Source: Myxococcota bacterium (GTDB lineage: Bacteria; Myxococcota_A; UBA9160; SZUA-336). Taken from it: a stretch of 64,000 bases of DNA. Each line of letters opens with the position of its first letter. Position 1 is the stretch's first letter. Location: positions 1,984,001 through 2,048,000 of the forward strand of contig CBDFGR010000002.1 of the NCBI GenBank assembly GCA_965247115.1. The letters are read 5' to 3'. Below are positions 46,635 to 56,965 of the stretch, in pieces. Position numbers and translations under genes: made by a program. Below the pieces are notes generated by a model. The model made no database searches, was not told where the DNA came from, and saw nothing but the letters and a program-made list of their open reading frames with translations.

Positions 46635-48647
46635 ATGGACGGACCAACCGCTGCGGAGAAACGAATTCGACGGATCCTGCTTGGGGGGCTCTGCTTGTGC
46701 CTCCTCGGAGTGCAGGCGGACAAGCTCCATGCGGAGCAGTCGGCCTTCCACGGTGAGTGGCGCAGCTACGCGAGCGACAAGGCAAACACGAAGTACACGC
46801 CGCTGGCGCAGATCGATCGTGACAACGTCGGCAAGCTTCGCGTTCTCTGGCGCCGGCCTGCTCTCGATCCAGGGCTCAGCGAGACGTTTCCTGACCTGAA
46901 CCCATCGGACGCTCTCCAGGCGACGCCGCTCATGCTTGGCGGCGTCCTCTACACATCGAACAGCGTCGGGTTGGTGGAAGCACTCGATCCCGGAACCGGC
47001 GAGACGCTTTGGGTGCAAGAGCCGCTCCATGAGGGATTTCGGGGCGTGGCAGGGCGCAGCACGCGGGGGGTTGCCCACTGGAGCAGCGATTCGAGCCAGC
47101 GAATCTTCTCGGTGCGAGGCGACTACCTCGTGTCGATGAGCGCGGAGACGGGAAGCTTGGTTCGAGGCTTTGGCGATGGCGGAAAGGTGAACCTGAAGAG
47201 GGACGGCCCCCCTGAGCCGTTTCCCGCCGGCGGGACATCCGGCCCCATCGTGGTGGCCGACGTGGTCATCGTCGGCGGCGGCCGCGCCGGCAGCGATTTT
47301 CCGGTGGTGAAGGAGGGAATTCCGGCGGAGGATATCCGGGCCTATGACGTGCGGACCGGCCGTCTGCGCTGGACCTTCCACGTGAAGCCGCGCCCGGGGG
47401 AATTCGGCTTCGAGACATGGGAGGACGACTCCTGGAAGATCGGCGGCGCCATCGGCGCATGGCCACCTCTCACGGTTGATGAGGAGCTGGGTTACGTCTA
47501 TCTGCCGCTGTCCTCGCCCATGCACAGCTTCTACGGCGGCCACCGGCCGGGACAGACTCTCTTTGCCAACAGCCTCGTCTGCGTCGACGGCCGGACCGGC
47601 GAGCGCGTGTGGCACTACCAGTTCGTGCATCACGACCTGTGGGACTACGACCCGGCGTCGGCTCCGGTGCTCGGCGACATCACCGTCGACGGGAAGCCCA
47701 TCAAGGCGGTGATGCAGCTCACCAAGCAGGGCTTCATGTTCGTGTTCGACCGCGTGACGGGGGAGCCGGTGTGGCCGATCGAGGAGCGGCCTGTAGCGGC
47801 GTCCACGACGCCGGGGGAGAGGGCGTGGCCGACACAGCCCTTCCCCACCAAGCCGGCGCCGTTCGACCGTCAGGGCGTTACCGTCGACGATCTGATCGAT
47901 TTCACGCCGGAGCTGCGCGCCGAGGCGCTCGAGATCGCTAAGCAGTACGTCCTCGGACCGCTGTTCACGCCGCCCTCGGTGGCGGCTCCGGGACATACCC
48001 AGGGCACGCTCACCCTTCCCGGCGCGGCTGGTGGCGCGAACTGGAATGGTGGGGCGTTCGACCCCGAGACGGGAATCTTCTACGTCCCCTCCCACACGCA
48101 CCCCTGGGTGAACGATCTCGTCAGGCCCCCGCCGTTGCTCGAGGCGACGACGCCATACATGCACGGCCCGCAGGAGGCGGGCCCGCTGACGTCGGTCAGC
48201 GACTGCTGTGCGCAGTACGAGATCGCTGGCCCGGACGGCCTGCCGCTCGTCAAGCCGCCCTATGGGCGCATCACGGCAATCGACATGAACACCGGCGAGC
48301 ACGTGTGGATGACCCCCAACGGAGATGGGCCACGCAATCACCCGCGCTTGCGGCACCTGAACCTTCCTCCCCTGGGGCAGCAAGGCCGGGCCTCTCCTCT
48401 TCTCACGAAGACACTGCTCTTCATCGGTGAGGGCGACCCGAGCATCGTGGCGACCCCGAAGGGCGGTGGGGGAAACAAGTTCCGCGCCTACGACAAGGCC
48501 ACGGGCGACGTCCTGTGGGAAACCGCGCTGGCGGCGGGCACCACCGGAGCGCCGATGAGTTATCTCTGGAACGGCAAGCAGTACATCGTGGTGGCCATCG
48601 GGGGCGTCGATCACGCCGCCGAGTGGGTGGCGCTGGGTCTCCCCTGA
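46635..48647 (+). CDS. PQQ glucose/quinate dehydrogenase-like protein, copy D
   Basis: Same motifs; HHDLWDYD. Confidence 0.92.
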   Translation: MDGPTAAEKRIRRILLGGLCLCLLGVQADKLHAEQSAFHGEWRSYASDKANTKYTPLAQIDRDNVGKLRVLWRRPALDPGLSETFPDLNPSDALQATPLMLGGVLYTSNSVGLVEALDPGTGETLWVQEPLHEGFRGVAGRSTRGVAHWSSDSSQRIFSVRGDYLVSMSAETGSLVRGFGDGGKVNLKRDGPPEPFPAGGTSGPIVVADVVIVGGGRAGSDFPVVKEGIPAEDIRAYDVRTGRLRWTFHVKPRPGEFGFETWEDDSWKIGGAIGAWPPLTVDEELGYVYLPLSSPMHSFYGGHRPGQTLFANSLVCVDGRTGERVWHYQFVHHDLWDYDPASAPVLGDITVDGKPIKAVMQLTKQGFMFVFDRVTGEPVWPIEERPVAASTTPGERAWPTQPFPTKPAPFDRQGVTVDDLIDFTPELRAEALEIAKQYVLGPLFTPPSVAAPGHTQGTLTLPGAAGGANWNGGAFDPETGIFYVPSHTHPWVNDLVRPPPLLEATTPYMHGPQEAGPLTSVSDCCAQYEIAGPDGLPLVKPPYGRITAIDMNTGEHVWMTPNGDGPRNHPRLRHLNLPPLGQQGRASPLLTKTLLFIGEGDPSIVATPKGGGGNKFRAYDKATGDVLWETALAAGTTGAPMSYLWNGKQYIVVAIGGVDHAAEWVALGLP

Positions 48648-48837
48648 AGCGGACTGAGAGAATAGAGCGTGTCATCGCATCGCGCGGACTTCCCGATGAA
48701 CTGCGCGGGTAGCGAGATCGACATCACAGCGGAGGAGCGCGTGGGACCGATCGTGCGCCGCAGCGGTCCGTTCTGCATCTGCACCGGTCTCGTCGACTAC
48801 TACAACCAGCGCAAGGAGCTCGTCGCTGCCAAAACCC

Positions 48838-49722
48838 TCAGCGGGTGCGTGGCGGGCCGCGCTCGATCAGCTCGCGGGCCTTCTCGAGGCTTCCCGGTGC
48901 ATCGCTCAGCCACTCGAGCCACCAGGTAGCGCCGGCCTCCCGGTATTCCACGAGCTTGGCCGCAGCGGCGGCCGGGTCATCGTTCGCGGTCGAGCCGGCC
49001 GCAACCAGCTCGAAGGGGTCGCCGGTCTTGCGTTCTTTCGCGAAGAACTCGCTCACCTCCCGATAGCGAGCTGGGGGGAGCCACATCTGCTGAAAGCCGA
49101 CGCCGTCGTCCTGGGCGCCCGGCTCGAAGGAGTCGACCGCCGCCAGCGGGAAGCACCCATCCCAGCGCGCGGCGCGCCGGAATGGCCTTCGATTGGGCCA
49201 GAAGCCGCCGACCCAGACGGGGATGCGCGGCGTCTGCACGGGCTTCGGCCGGAGCACGGTGTGGTGAACCTGGTAGTGCTTTCCTTCGAACGTGTACGGC
49301 TCGTCGCCAAACAGGCCGTGGAGGACCTCCAGCCCCTCGTCGAGCTTCTCAGCTAGCACTTTGAGATCCCCATCCTCGCCCAGGTTCCCGAAGTCCTCGT
49401 CGGGCGGTCCACCGAGACCGACGCCGAGGACGACGCGACCGCCGCTCAGATGATCCAGGGTCGCGAGCTCCTTGGCGAGCTGCCACGGTCGACGCCGGGC
49501 GAGGGGCGTGATCATCGGCCCGATCCGGATCCGCTGCGTAGCCACGGCGACGCCGCTGAGCGTCACGAACGCCTCGGCCAGGGGCAGCTCACTCATGAAC
49601 ACGAGATGATCAAAAACGAAGTAGCCGTCCCAGCCCGCCTCTTCGGCGGCTGTGGCGAGCTCCACGTGGACCCGAGGATCTGCGTACTCCGCGAGGGTCG
49701 GCGCGTAAATTCCAGAGCGCAT
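48838..49722 (-). CDS. LLM (luciferase-like) flavin-dependent oxidoreductase
   Basis: AEEAGWDGYFVFDH, TLDHLSGGRVVLGVGLG, PKPVQTPRIPVWVGG. Confidence 0.9.
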   Translation of the reverse strand: MRSGIYAPTLAEYADPRVHVELATAAEEAGWDGYFVFDHLVFMSELPLAEAFVTLSGVAVATQRIRIGPMITPLARRRPWQLAKELATLDHLSGGRVVLGVGLGGPPDEDFGNLGEDGDLKVLAEKLDEGLEVLHGLFGDEPYTFEGKHYQVHHTVLRPKPVQTPRIPVWVGGFWPNRRPFRRAARWDGCFPLAAVDSFEPGAQDDGVGFQQMWLPPARYREVSEFFAKERKTGDPFELVAAGSTANDDPAAAAAKLVEYREAGATWWLEWLSDAPGSLEKARELIERGPPRTR

Positions 49723-49914
49723 CTCGCGACTATAGCCGAAGTGGGGCTCGCTCGGGGCTGATGCGCTCGTCGGAACTCAAGGAACCCGCATAAACTTCCA
49801 TCCGTTGACACACACCCCTGCTCCCGCAGCCTGATCCGCGGTTAGCTCGTCGGCGAGCTGGTAGGATGACCGTGGCGTGCACTTGGATTGCTCCGCGCGT
49901 GCGTCGGTACGACC

Positions 49915-52164
49915 ATGCGTATGCTTACCTGCCTTCTCTGTGTAGCGCTTGTCGCGGGACTGGCCGGCATCACGCCAGCCGCGGAACCGACGGGTGCGGA
50001 CTCTGCAGCGGCGAAGACGGCGCAGGTACCGTTGCCAAGCACTCCCGAAGAAGACGGGTTGCGGCGCCCGTTTCTGCGCGCCGAGCGTACGGCTGTCCCT
50101 CCGATCATCGACGGCGACCTTACCGACGAGGTATGGGCGCTAGGCGCGCCAATCCGCGACCTGTTCGTCGACCAGCCCGTCGAGGGGGATCCGCTGCCCC
50201 AGAGAACGGAGATCCGCATTCTGTACGACGACGACGCCCTCTACTTCGCGGCGTGGTGCTACGACACCGAGCCGGACGAGATCACGGCGTCGATCATGCG
50301 CCGCGACGCGAGCCCTCGCAATCAGGATTTCATCATGATCCTGCTCGACCCGTTCGGCGAGAGGCGCTCAGGCTACGTTTTCGCCGTGACTCCGATTACC
50401 ACCCGCTGGGACTCGCTCATCGAAGAGGCGGGCAGCGTCAACCAGGAGTGGGACGGTATCTGGTACGCACAGGCGCGCCGGAACGGCGAAGGGTGGGTCG
50501 TGGAGATTGCCATCCCGTTCAAGTCGTTGAACTTTCCGGAGGACCGGAGCACCTGGGGCTTTAACATTGCCCGCGGGATCTCGCGCTACAACCAGACCGG
50601 CCGCTGGGCTAATGCTCTCCCGCACGCGTTCCTGTTTGACCCGGGGTATTTCGGGGACCTGGGCGGCCTCGAGGGACTCGAGCAGGGGCTCGGCATCGAC
50701 GCGGTGCCCGCGCTCGCACTGCGCCAGATTCGCAACAACTCTGAGAGCCGGGTGAACGAGGAGGCCGATCCCTCTCTCGACCTGTTCTACAAGATCACGC
50801 CATCGCTGACGTCGGTTCTCACCGTGAACACCGACTTCTCCGAGGCCGAACCTGACAAGCGTGAAGCGAACCTGACGCGCTTCTCGCTCTTCTTTCCGGA
50901 GCAACGCGACTTCTTCCTGCAAGACGCCGGGATCTTCAACTTCGGCGACTTCGGGACGTTCCGCGGGCCGAACACCCGCTCCAAGGTCAACGGTCAGCCT
51001 TTCTTCTCGCGGCGCATCGCCCTCGACGAGGACGGACCGCTGTCCCTTCGGATCGGGGGCAAGACGACCGGGCGCATCGGGCCACTCAACCTGGGGATGC
51101 TCTCGACCCGCGTGGAGGGTCACGGCGAGGTGAACGGGAAGTGGCTCTCGGTCGCGCGCGGCTACCTCAACGTGCTCGAGGAGTCGCGGCTCGGCTTCAT
51201 TGCCACGTACGGGTCACCGGACACGAACGAGCACAACAAGCTCTACGGCGGGGACTTCAACTACCGGAGCAGCTCGTTCCTTGGAGACAAGATCCTGGAG
51301 AGCAGCCTCTGGGCCCAGAAGACGTCCTCGCCGGACTCGAAGGACCGCGATGCCGCGCTGGGAGCGTCGCTTGCCTATCCCAACGACCGCTGGAACTGGA
51401 GAGCGAGCGCGACCGAGATTCAGGCGAACTTCAACCCGGCGCTTGGCTTCGCGAACCGCATCGGCATCCGAGAGTACCGAGCCGCCCTGAAGCGCCGCTT
51501 TCGTCCGGGAGGCACGATCCGCCGCGTCGACGTGGGCGGCGACGTCGAGCTCGTCACCGGGACCGACAACGACTTCGAGTCGCTGATCGTCAACGCTGAC
51601 CTGTTCTTCATGGAGACCGAGAAGGGCGACGAAACGCGCGTGCGCGTGGTCTACCGGCGCGAGGACCTGCTCGAGGACTTCGAGATCCGAGAGGGAATCG
51701 TCATCCCCAAGGAGCACTACCGTTTCGACCGCTACAACCTGAAGCTCGACACGTCGCGCTACCGGCAAGCCGAGCTCACAGTCGAGCTCGAGTTCGGCCA
51801 GTTCTTCACGGGCACCCGCTTCGACATCCTGACGAGCTTCGAGTACCGGCCCAGCCCGCACTTCTCACTGCTAGCGGAATACGAGCAGTTCCAGGTGCGG
51901 TTGCCGGAAGGAAACTTCACGACGCGCATCGCGCGCCTGGGGATCGACGTTGCGTTCTCCGCGACGATTTCGTGGCGCAATCTGATCCAGTGGGACAACG
52001 AGACGGACGAGCTGACCGTCAACAGTCGCTTTCGCTGGATCATCGAGCCCGGCCGCGAGCTCTTCGTGATCCTGGACCCGTCCTTCTTTCGCGAAGACCG
52101 TCTAAGGCTCACGTCGACGACGACAGACCTCGTGCTGAAGCTGCTCTGGACCTACCGGTTCTAA
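49915..52164 (+). CDS. CBM9-like/DUF5916 outer-membrane protein
   Basis: PIIDGDL.DEVW, EIAIPFKSL, NTDFSEAE.D, TRFSLFFPEQRDFF, C-terminal YRF. Confidence 0.85.
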   Translation: MRMLTCLLCVALVAGLAGITPAAEPTGADSAAAKTAQVPLPSTPEEDGLRRPFLRAERTAVPPIIDGDLTDEVWALGAPIRDLFVDQPVEGDPLPQRTEIRILYDDDALYFAAWCYDTEPDEITASIMRRDASPRNQDFIMILLDPFGERRSGYVFAVTPITTRWDSLIEEAGSVNQEWDGIWYAQARRNGEGWVVEIAIPFKSLNFPEDRSTWGFNIARGISRYNQTGRWANALPHAFLFDPGYFGDLGGLEGLEQGLGIDAVPALALRQIRNNSESRVNEEADPSLDLFYKITPSLTSVLTVNTDFSEAEPDKREANLTRFSLFFPEQRDFFLQDAGIFNFGDFGTFRGPNTRSKVNGQPFFSRRIALDEDGPLSLRIGGKTTGRIGPLNLGMLSTRVEGHGEVNGKWLSVARGYLNVLEESRLGFIATYGSPDTNEHNKLYGGDFNYRSSSFLGDKILESSLWAQKTSSPDSKDRDAALGASLAYPNDRWNWRASATEIQANFNPALGFANRIGIREYRAALKRRFRPGGTIRRVDVGGDVELVTGTDNDFESLIVNADLFFMETEKGDETRVRVVYRREDLLEDFEIREGIVIPKEHYRFDRYNLKLDTSRYRQAELTVELEFGQFFTGTRFDILTSFEYRPSPHFSLLAEYEQFQVRLPEGNFTTRIARLGIDVAFSATISWRNLIQWDNETDELTVNSRFRWIIEPGRELFVILDPSFFREDRLRLTSTTTDLVLKLLWTYRF

Positions 52165-52181
52165 ACCGTTGCCGAGGCGGC

Positions 52182-52276
52182 GGCCCGAGAGTCCGGGCAC
52201 GGCCCGAGAGTCCGGGCACGGCCCGAGAGTCCGGGCACGGCCCGAGAGTCCGGGCACGGCCCGAGAGTCCGGGCAC
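52182..52276. repeat. Five perfect tandem copies of a 19-bp unit between convergent genes
   Basis: (GGCCCGAGAGTCCGGGCAC)x5; each unit holds a GCCCG-N6-CGGGC inverted repeat. Confidence 0.95.
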
Positions 52277-52314
52277 GATCTGTCCGATTCGAGCTCTTGC
52301 CCGCGAGCTGCCGC

Positions 52315-54051
52315 TCAGGCGTGTCCGTGGCGCAGGAGCTTGCCGGGCGTGGCGCCCGTGCACTTGCCATCCTCGAAGGTGACCTGACCGTTAACGAGGA
52401 TCGCCTTGTAGCCCTCGGCCTGCTGAACGCGACGCCACTCGTCGCCCGGGAGGTCGCGGGTGATCTCGCCGACCCAGTGCGGCGAGACGTCCAGACCCTC
52501 CAGGTCGTAGACGACGATGTCCGCCGGTGCGCCCTCGCGCAGCGTTCCGCGATCCCGGAAGCCCGCCGCGTGTGCCGGTAGCGCGCTCAGGCGGTAGTGG
52601 GCCTCCTCGAGCGAGATCCTCTGCTCGTCGCGCACCATCCACATTAGGAAGTCGGTCGTGAAGGATCCTCCTGTGAAGAACTTGGTGTGCGCTCCACCGT
52701 CGGAGACACCGGGAAAAGTGTAGGGCGAGTTCGCAATCATTTCCTCGATGTACTCCGGGTTGAACTGACCTCGATCCGGCCCGAGGAACTCGACCTTGAG
52801 CTCGCCCGCCACCGAGAGGTCGAGCATCGCGTCGATCACGTGCTTGTGCTCCTCGGATGCGATCTCACCCACCGTCTTGCCGACATAGGATTGCAGCTCG
52901 TCATGATCGCCCACGTCCTGCACGATCAGGTGGTCGATCGTGCCCCCGATCCCCGCCTGAACCCGGCGCAGCTTTCGGTCGGCCTCCTCGGTCTGGTGTT
53001 TCATGGCCTCGCGGATCTCGGGGTCCGCCAGCTTGTGCAGGCGCTCCTCGTAGGTGCCCGTAGTCGCGGCGCGCCAGGCCGGGCTACTGTCGTAGAGGTT
53101 CCAGTTCTCCAGCGTGAAAGCGAAGCCCGTGCGAGCGGTGCCGCCCTGGCCGAACATGCGCAGACCACGCTCGTTGCACTCGACCAGCCAGTCCAGGATC
53201 CGCCGATGGATGTGCGGTGCCCGCTTCGCCACCGCGATGACGTTGTGCAAAACGGGGCGTCCGGCTACGTCCGCGAGCTTCACCTGGAAGTCCAGGTCCG
53301 CCTCGCGGTCCCCCGTGGCTTGTGTGATCTGGATGAAGCCCTCATCCCGCTCGCGCAGCACGCGCGCCAGGTTCAGGATGTCTTCGTCTGCCATGGTGTC
53401 GGTCACCATCGGGCTGCCGTCGAAGTCGGCCTGCGTGGAATCCGGACCGAGGCGCTGGATCGAGAAGCCACACAGCCCCGCGTCCATACCCTGGTGCAGC
53501 AGGCGAGCCATCTCCTCGCGCTCGGCGAGTGTCGCAGGGCGCGTCTTCGCGGCCTCGAGACCCATGACGTAGGTCATCAACGAGGCCGTCGGCATGTACT
53601 GCAGGCAGTTCACGCCCTTGGGAGCGCGCTCGAGAGAGTCCAGATACTCAGGGATCGTCTCCCAGTCCCAGTCCATGCCCTGCCTCATCGACTCGAACGG
53701 AATCGCCTCCGTGCGCGTCATCGTCAGCATCGAGCGTTCGCGGAAGTCCGGCTTCACGGGCGCGAAGCCGAAGCCGCAGTTTCCAAGCACGACGGACGTC
53801 ACTCCGTGCCAGCCGGAGATGGTGCACCACGGATCCCAGCGGATCTGGGCGTCGTAGTGCGTGTGGAGGTCGACGAAGCCGGGAGCGACGATAAGCCCCT
53901 CGGCGTCGATCACGCGCTCGGCTTCACCGAGGGTGCGGCCCCCGAGCTGAGCGATCCGCCCGTCCTTGATCCACAGGTCGCTGCGGTAACGCGGAACTCG
54001 CGTCCCGTCGACAATCGTGCCGCCTCGAATCTGAACGTCGTACTCAGCCAT
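52315..54051 (-). CDS. N-acyl-D-amino-acid deacylase-like amidohydrolase
   Basis: [37 protein letters not shown]. Confidence 0.92.
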   Translation of the reverse strand: MAEYDVQIRGGTIVDGTRVPRYRSDLWIKDGRIAQLGGRTLGEAERVIDAEGLIVAPGFVDLHTHYDAQIRWDPWCTISGWHGVTSVVLGNCGFGFAPVKPDFRERSMLTMTRTEAIPFESMRQGMDWDWETIPEYLDSLERAPKGVNCLQYMPTASLMTYVMGLEAAKTRPATLAEREEMARLLHQGMDAGLCGFSIQRLGPDSTQADFDGSPMVTDTMADEDILNLARVLRERDEGFIQITQATGDREADLDFQVKLADVAGRPVLHNVIAVAKRAPHIHRRILDWLVECNERGLRMFGQGGTARTGFAFTLENWNLYDSSPAWRAATTGTYEERLHKLADPEIREAMKHQTEEADRKLRRVQAGIGGTIDHLIVQDVGDHDELQSYVGKTVGEIASEEHKHVIDAMLDLSVAGELKVEFLGPDRGQFNPEYIEEMIANSPYTFPGVSDGGAHTKFFTGGSFTTDFLMWMVRDEQRISLEEAHYRLSALPAHAAGFRDRGTLREGAPADIVVYDLEGLDVSPHWVGEITRDLPGDEWRRVQQAEGYKAILVNGQVTFEDGKCTGATPGKLLRHGHA

Positions 54052-54264
54052 GGCGCTTTTCCCCCTTCGATTGCTGCGCTTCACCGCCATGATAGATCCT
54101 CAGCACCCGCCAGACCAGCATTCTCTCTCGACTCCGGATCCGCTCCTGGCCGACCGGACTGGCTCACGAGTAGCTCCTTGACTTCATCCAGCGTTGGCGG
54201 TCGAATGGGGAAGGGTAGAGGACGCAAGCGATCCGCGGCTCGCGGATCGGAGGGACAGCCACAC

Positions 54265-54738
54265 ATGGTCTCCATCTCGGTCAATGGTCGGCGCCACGAT
54301 GTGGATGTCGACCCTTCGACGCCGCTTCTCTGGGTTCTGCGTGACAGCCTGAACCTGACCGGCACGAAGTATGGTTGTGGCATCGCAGAGTGCGGCGCCT
54401 GCACGGTCCACATCGGCGGGATCGCGACACGCTCGTGCGTGACGCCGGTAGCCGCCGCCGGAGGACAAGAGGTCACCACGATCGAGGGGCTCTCCGAGGG
54501 CGGGCTGCAGCCGCTCCAGGAAGCCTGGCTGGAGCTGGACGTCGTCCAGTGTGGATACTGTCAGCCCGGGCAGATCATGTCGGCGGCAGCGCTCCTCGCG
54601 AAGGTCCCGAATCCGACCGATCGGGACATCGACGAGGCCATGAGCGGCAACATCTGCCGCTGCGGCGTGTACAACCGGATTCGCTCCGCCATCAAGCATG
54701 CTGCGAGCGTGCGACAGACGCAGGAAGTGGAAGGATGA
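54265..54738 (+). CDS. iorA: Isoquinoline 1-oxidoreductase-like small (2Fe-2S) subunit
   Basis: [32 protein letters not shown]. Confidence 0.92.
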   Translation: MVSISVNGRRHDVDVDPSTPLLWVLRDSLNLTGTKYGCGIAECGACTVHIGGIATRSCVTPVAAAGGQEVTTIEGLSEGGLQPLQEAWLELDVVQCGYCQPGQIMSAAALLAKVPNPTDRDIDEAMSGNICRCGVYNRIRSAIKHAASVRQTQEVEG

Positions 54739-56888
54739 GCCCCGAACTCGGCTTCTCTCGCCGCCGTTTCCTCCAGACGACAGGCGCCGTCACCGGCGGT
54801 CTCGTGCTCGGCTTCTATCTGCCCGATCGATCGCTGGGGCGCGCCGCGGCCGCTACTCCGCAGCCTTTCGCGCCGAACGCCTTCGTACGCATCGCCACCG
54901 ACGACACCATCACGGTATTGGTCAACAAATCCGAGATGGGACAGGGTGTCTACACCTCCCTTCCGATGCTGATCGCCGAGGAGCTCGATGCGGATTGGAG
55001 CCGGATCCAGGTCCAGTCGGCACCGGCCGAGCCGGTCTACTACGACCCGGGTTTCGGGGTGTATCTGACCGGCGGCAGCTCGAGCACGGCCTCCTCCTGG
55101 CAACGGCTCCGAACGGCCGGCGCCACGACCCGCGCGTTGCTCGTGAACGCGGCGGCCCAGACCTGGAGCGTGGACGCGAGCTCTCTCCGTACGGAGAGCG
55201 GTCACGTGATCCATCCTGCCAGCGGTCGCCGTGCCTCCTACGGCAGCCTGGCGGAGCGGGCTGCTGCGCTTCCGATTCCGGAGGACGTACAGCTGAAGGA
55301 TCCGAAGAACTTCACACTCATCGGAACCGACGTGAAGCGGATCGAGGGTCCCGAGAAGGTCACCGGGCAGGCGGTGTTTGCCATCGACCTGAAGCTTCCC
55401 GGCATGCTGACCGCCGTGGTGGCGCATGCTCCCGTCTGCGGGGGCAGGGTGAGAAGCTTCAACGCCGACAAGGCGCTCTCTGGCGCCGGAGTCGTCAAGG
55501 TCAAGCAGATCAGCTCGGGCATCGCCGTCATAGCCAGGGATTTCTGGACAGCAAAAAAGGCACGCGAAGAGCTCGAGATCGAATGGGACGATGGCGAGGG
55601 CGCAGAGCTCTCCACGGCAGCGATGCGCCAGCAGTACCTGAAGCTGGCAGAGGAGCCGGGAGCGATCGCCGAGGACTCCGGTGATGCGGGGACGGCGCTC
55701 GAGGTGGCCGCAAAGACGATCGAAGCCGTCTACGAAGTGCCGTACCTGACGCACGCGTGCATGGAACCCCTGAGCGCCACCGCACATGTCCGCGAAGACG
55801 GCTGCGACATCTGGGCCGGTACCCAGTACCAGAGCAACGATCAGCTTGTGGCCGCCAAGATCCTGGGCTCGAAGCCGGAGCTGGTTCGTATTCACACGAC
55901 TTTGCTAGGTGGAGGCTTCGGCCGCCGGGCCACCCCTACCTCCGACTTCGTCGCAGATGCCGTCGAAGTTGCCAGAGGCGAGAAGGTGCCGGTGAAGACC
56001 ATCTGGACCCGCGAAGATGACATCCGCTGCGGGTACTACCGCCCGATGTTCGTTCACAAGCTGGCCGCCGGTCTCGACGGCGACGACATGCCCGTCGCCT
56101 GGCACCAGAGGCTCGTCGGCCAGTCCATCGGGGTCAACACGATGTTCCATTCCGAGAACGGCATTGACAACATGTCGGTAGAAGGCGCGACTCAGATGCC
56201 CTACGCCATTCCCAACCGTCGCGTCGAGCTGCACTCACCCCGACAACCGGTGACGGTACTCTGGTGGCGCTCGGTGGGTCACAGCCACACCGGGTTTGTC
56301 AGCGAGAGCTTTCTCGACGAGCTGGCTCATGCCGGCGCGAAAGACCCGTTCGAGCTTCGTCGCACACTTCTCGCAAACGAGCCCCGTTACCTCGGGGTGC
56401 TCGAGCTAGCGGCCGAGAGAGCGGGTTGGGGCACGCCCCTGCCAGAGGGCCGCGCGCGCGGCATCGCCACGCACAAGATGCATGGCACCTACGTGGCCCA
56501 GGTCGCGGAGGTGTCCGTCGAGGCTGGCCAGGTTCGAGTCCATCGAGTCGTCTGCGCCGTTGACTGCGGCATCGTCATGAACCCCTGGAACGTGAGGTCC
56601 CAGATGGAGGGCGGCATCGTCTTTGGATTGACCGCGGCACTCCACAGCGAGCTGACGGTCGACAAGGGTCGGATCCAGCAGAGCAATTTTCACGATTATC
56701 CCGTGCTCCGGATGGACGAGATGCCCAAGATCGACGTCTATATGGTTCCGAGCCGAGAGCAGCCGACGGGTGTCGGTGAGCTCGCAGTTCCCGCCATCGC
56801 GCCGGCTGTGGCAAACGCTCTCTTCGCCCTGACGAGAAAGCGCATCCGGAAGCTCCCGATTCGTCTGGAGGAAGCGGTCGACGTCTAA
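54735..56888 (+). CDS. iorB: Isoquinoline 1-oxidoreductase-like molybdopterin subunit (Tat-exported)
   Basis: SRRRFL Tat motif, EMGQG, TGGSSS, GGGFGRR, WWRSVG, GVGE. Confidence 0.92.
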   Translation: MSPELGFSRRRFLQTTGAVTGGLVLGFYLPDRSLGRAAAATPQPFAPNAFVRIATDDTITVLVNKSEMGQGVYTSLPMLIAEELDADWSRIQVQSAPAEPVYYDPGFGVYLTGGSSSTASSWQRLRTAGATTRALLVNAAAQTWSVDASSLRTESGHVIHPASGRRASYGSLAERAAALPIPEDVQLKDPKNFTLIGTDVKRIEGPEKVTGQAVFAIDLKLPGMLTAVVAHAPVCGGRVRSFNADKALSGAGVVKVKQISSGIAVIARDFWTAKKAREELEIEWDDGEGAELSTAAMRQQYLKLAEEPGAIAEDSGDAGTALEVAAKTIEAVYEVPYLTHACMEPLSATAHVREDGCDIWAGTQYQSNDQLVAAKILGSKPELVRIHTTLLGGGFGRRATPTSDFVADAVEVARGEKVPVKTIWTREDDIRCGYYRPMFVHKLAAGLDGDDMPVAWHQRLVGQSIGVNTMFHSENGIDNMSVEGATQMPYAIPNRRVELHSPRQPVTVLWWRSVGHSHTGFVSESFLDELAHAGAKDPFELRRTLLANEPRYLGVLELAAERAGWGTPLPEGRARGIATHKMHGTYVAQVAEVSVEAGQVRVHRVVCAVDCGIVMNPWNVRSQMEGGIVFGLTAALHSELTVDKGRIQQSNFHDYPVLRMDEMPKIDVYMVPSREQPTGVGELAVPAIAPAVANALFALTRKRIRKLPIRLEEAVDV

Positions 56889-56965
56889 CGAAAGTGCTGC
56901 CCCCACTGCCTTGTGGTCTCCCGATACGCATGATAGAAGGGCCGAAACCTGAGGGGGACCAACGG

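Noticed and set aside
22099..48614. Long antisense ORFs (e.g. 24010-25962, 27763-29748, 32017-33882, 44543-46723, 46404-48614)
   Set aside because: Shadows of GC-rich sense genes; they have no motifs and are interrupted at different places in different paralogues.
20161..48647. Methanol dehydrogenase (mxaF/xoxF) call prompted by the mxa-like operon
   Set aside because: The proteins have PVADH-like (N-terminal haem c) or GDH-like motifs, not MxaF/XoxF signatures; no mxaI or mxaJ.
48669..48929. Short ORF after the last PQQ gene
   Set aside because: No recognisable family, and it overlaps the convergent LLM gene; possibly a gene remnant but unsupported.
49805..49840. TTGACA upstream of the DUF5916 gene
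   Set aside because: No convincing -10 element at the proper spacing.
52182..52276. Possible CRISPR array
   Set aside because: The units are contiguous with no spacers, only 19 bp long, and no cas genes are nearby.
52687..54264. Long N-terminal extension of iorA in the ORF track
   Set aside because: It overlaps the amidohydrolase on the opposite strand; the real start is at 54265 after GGAGGG.
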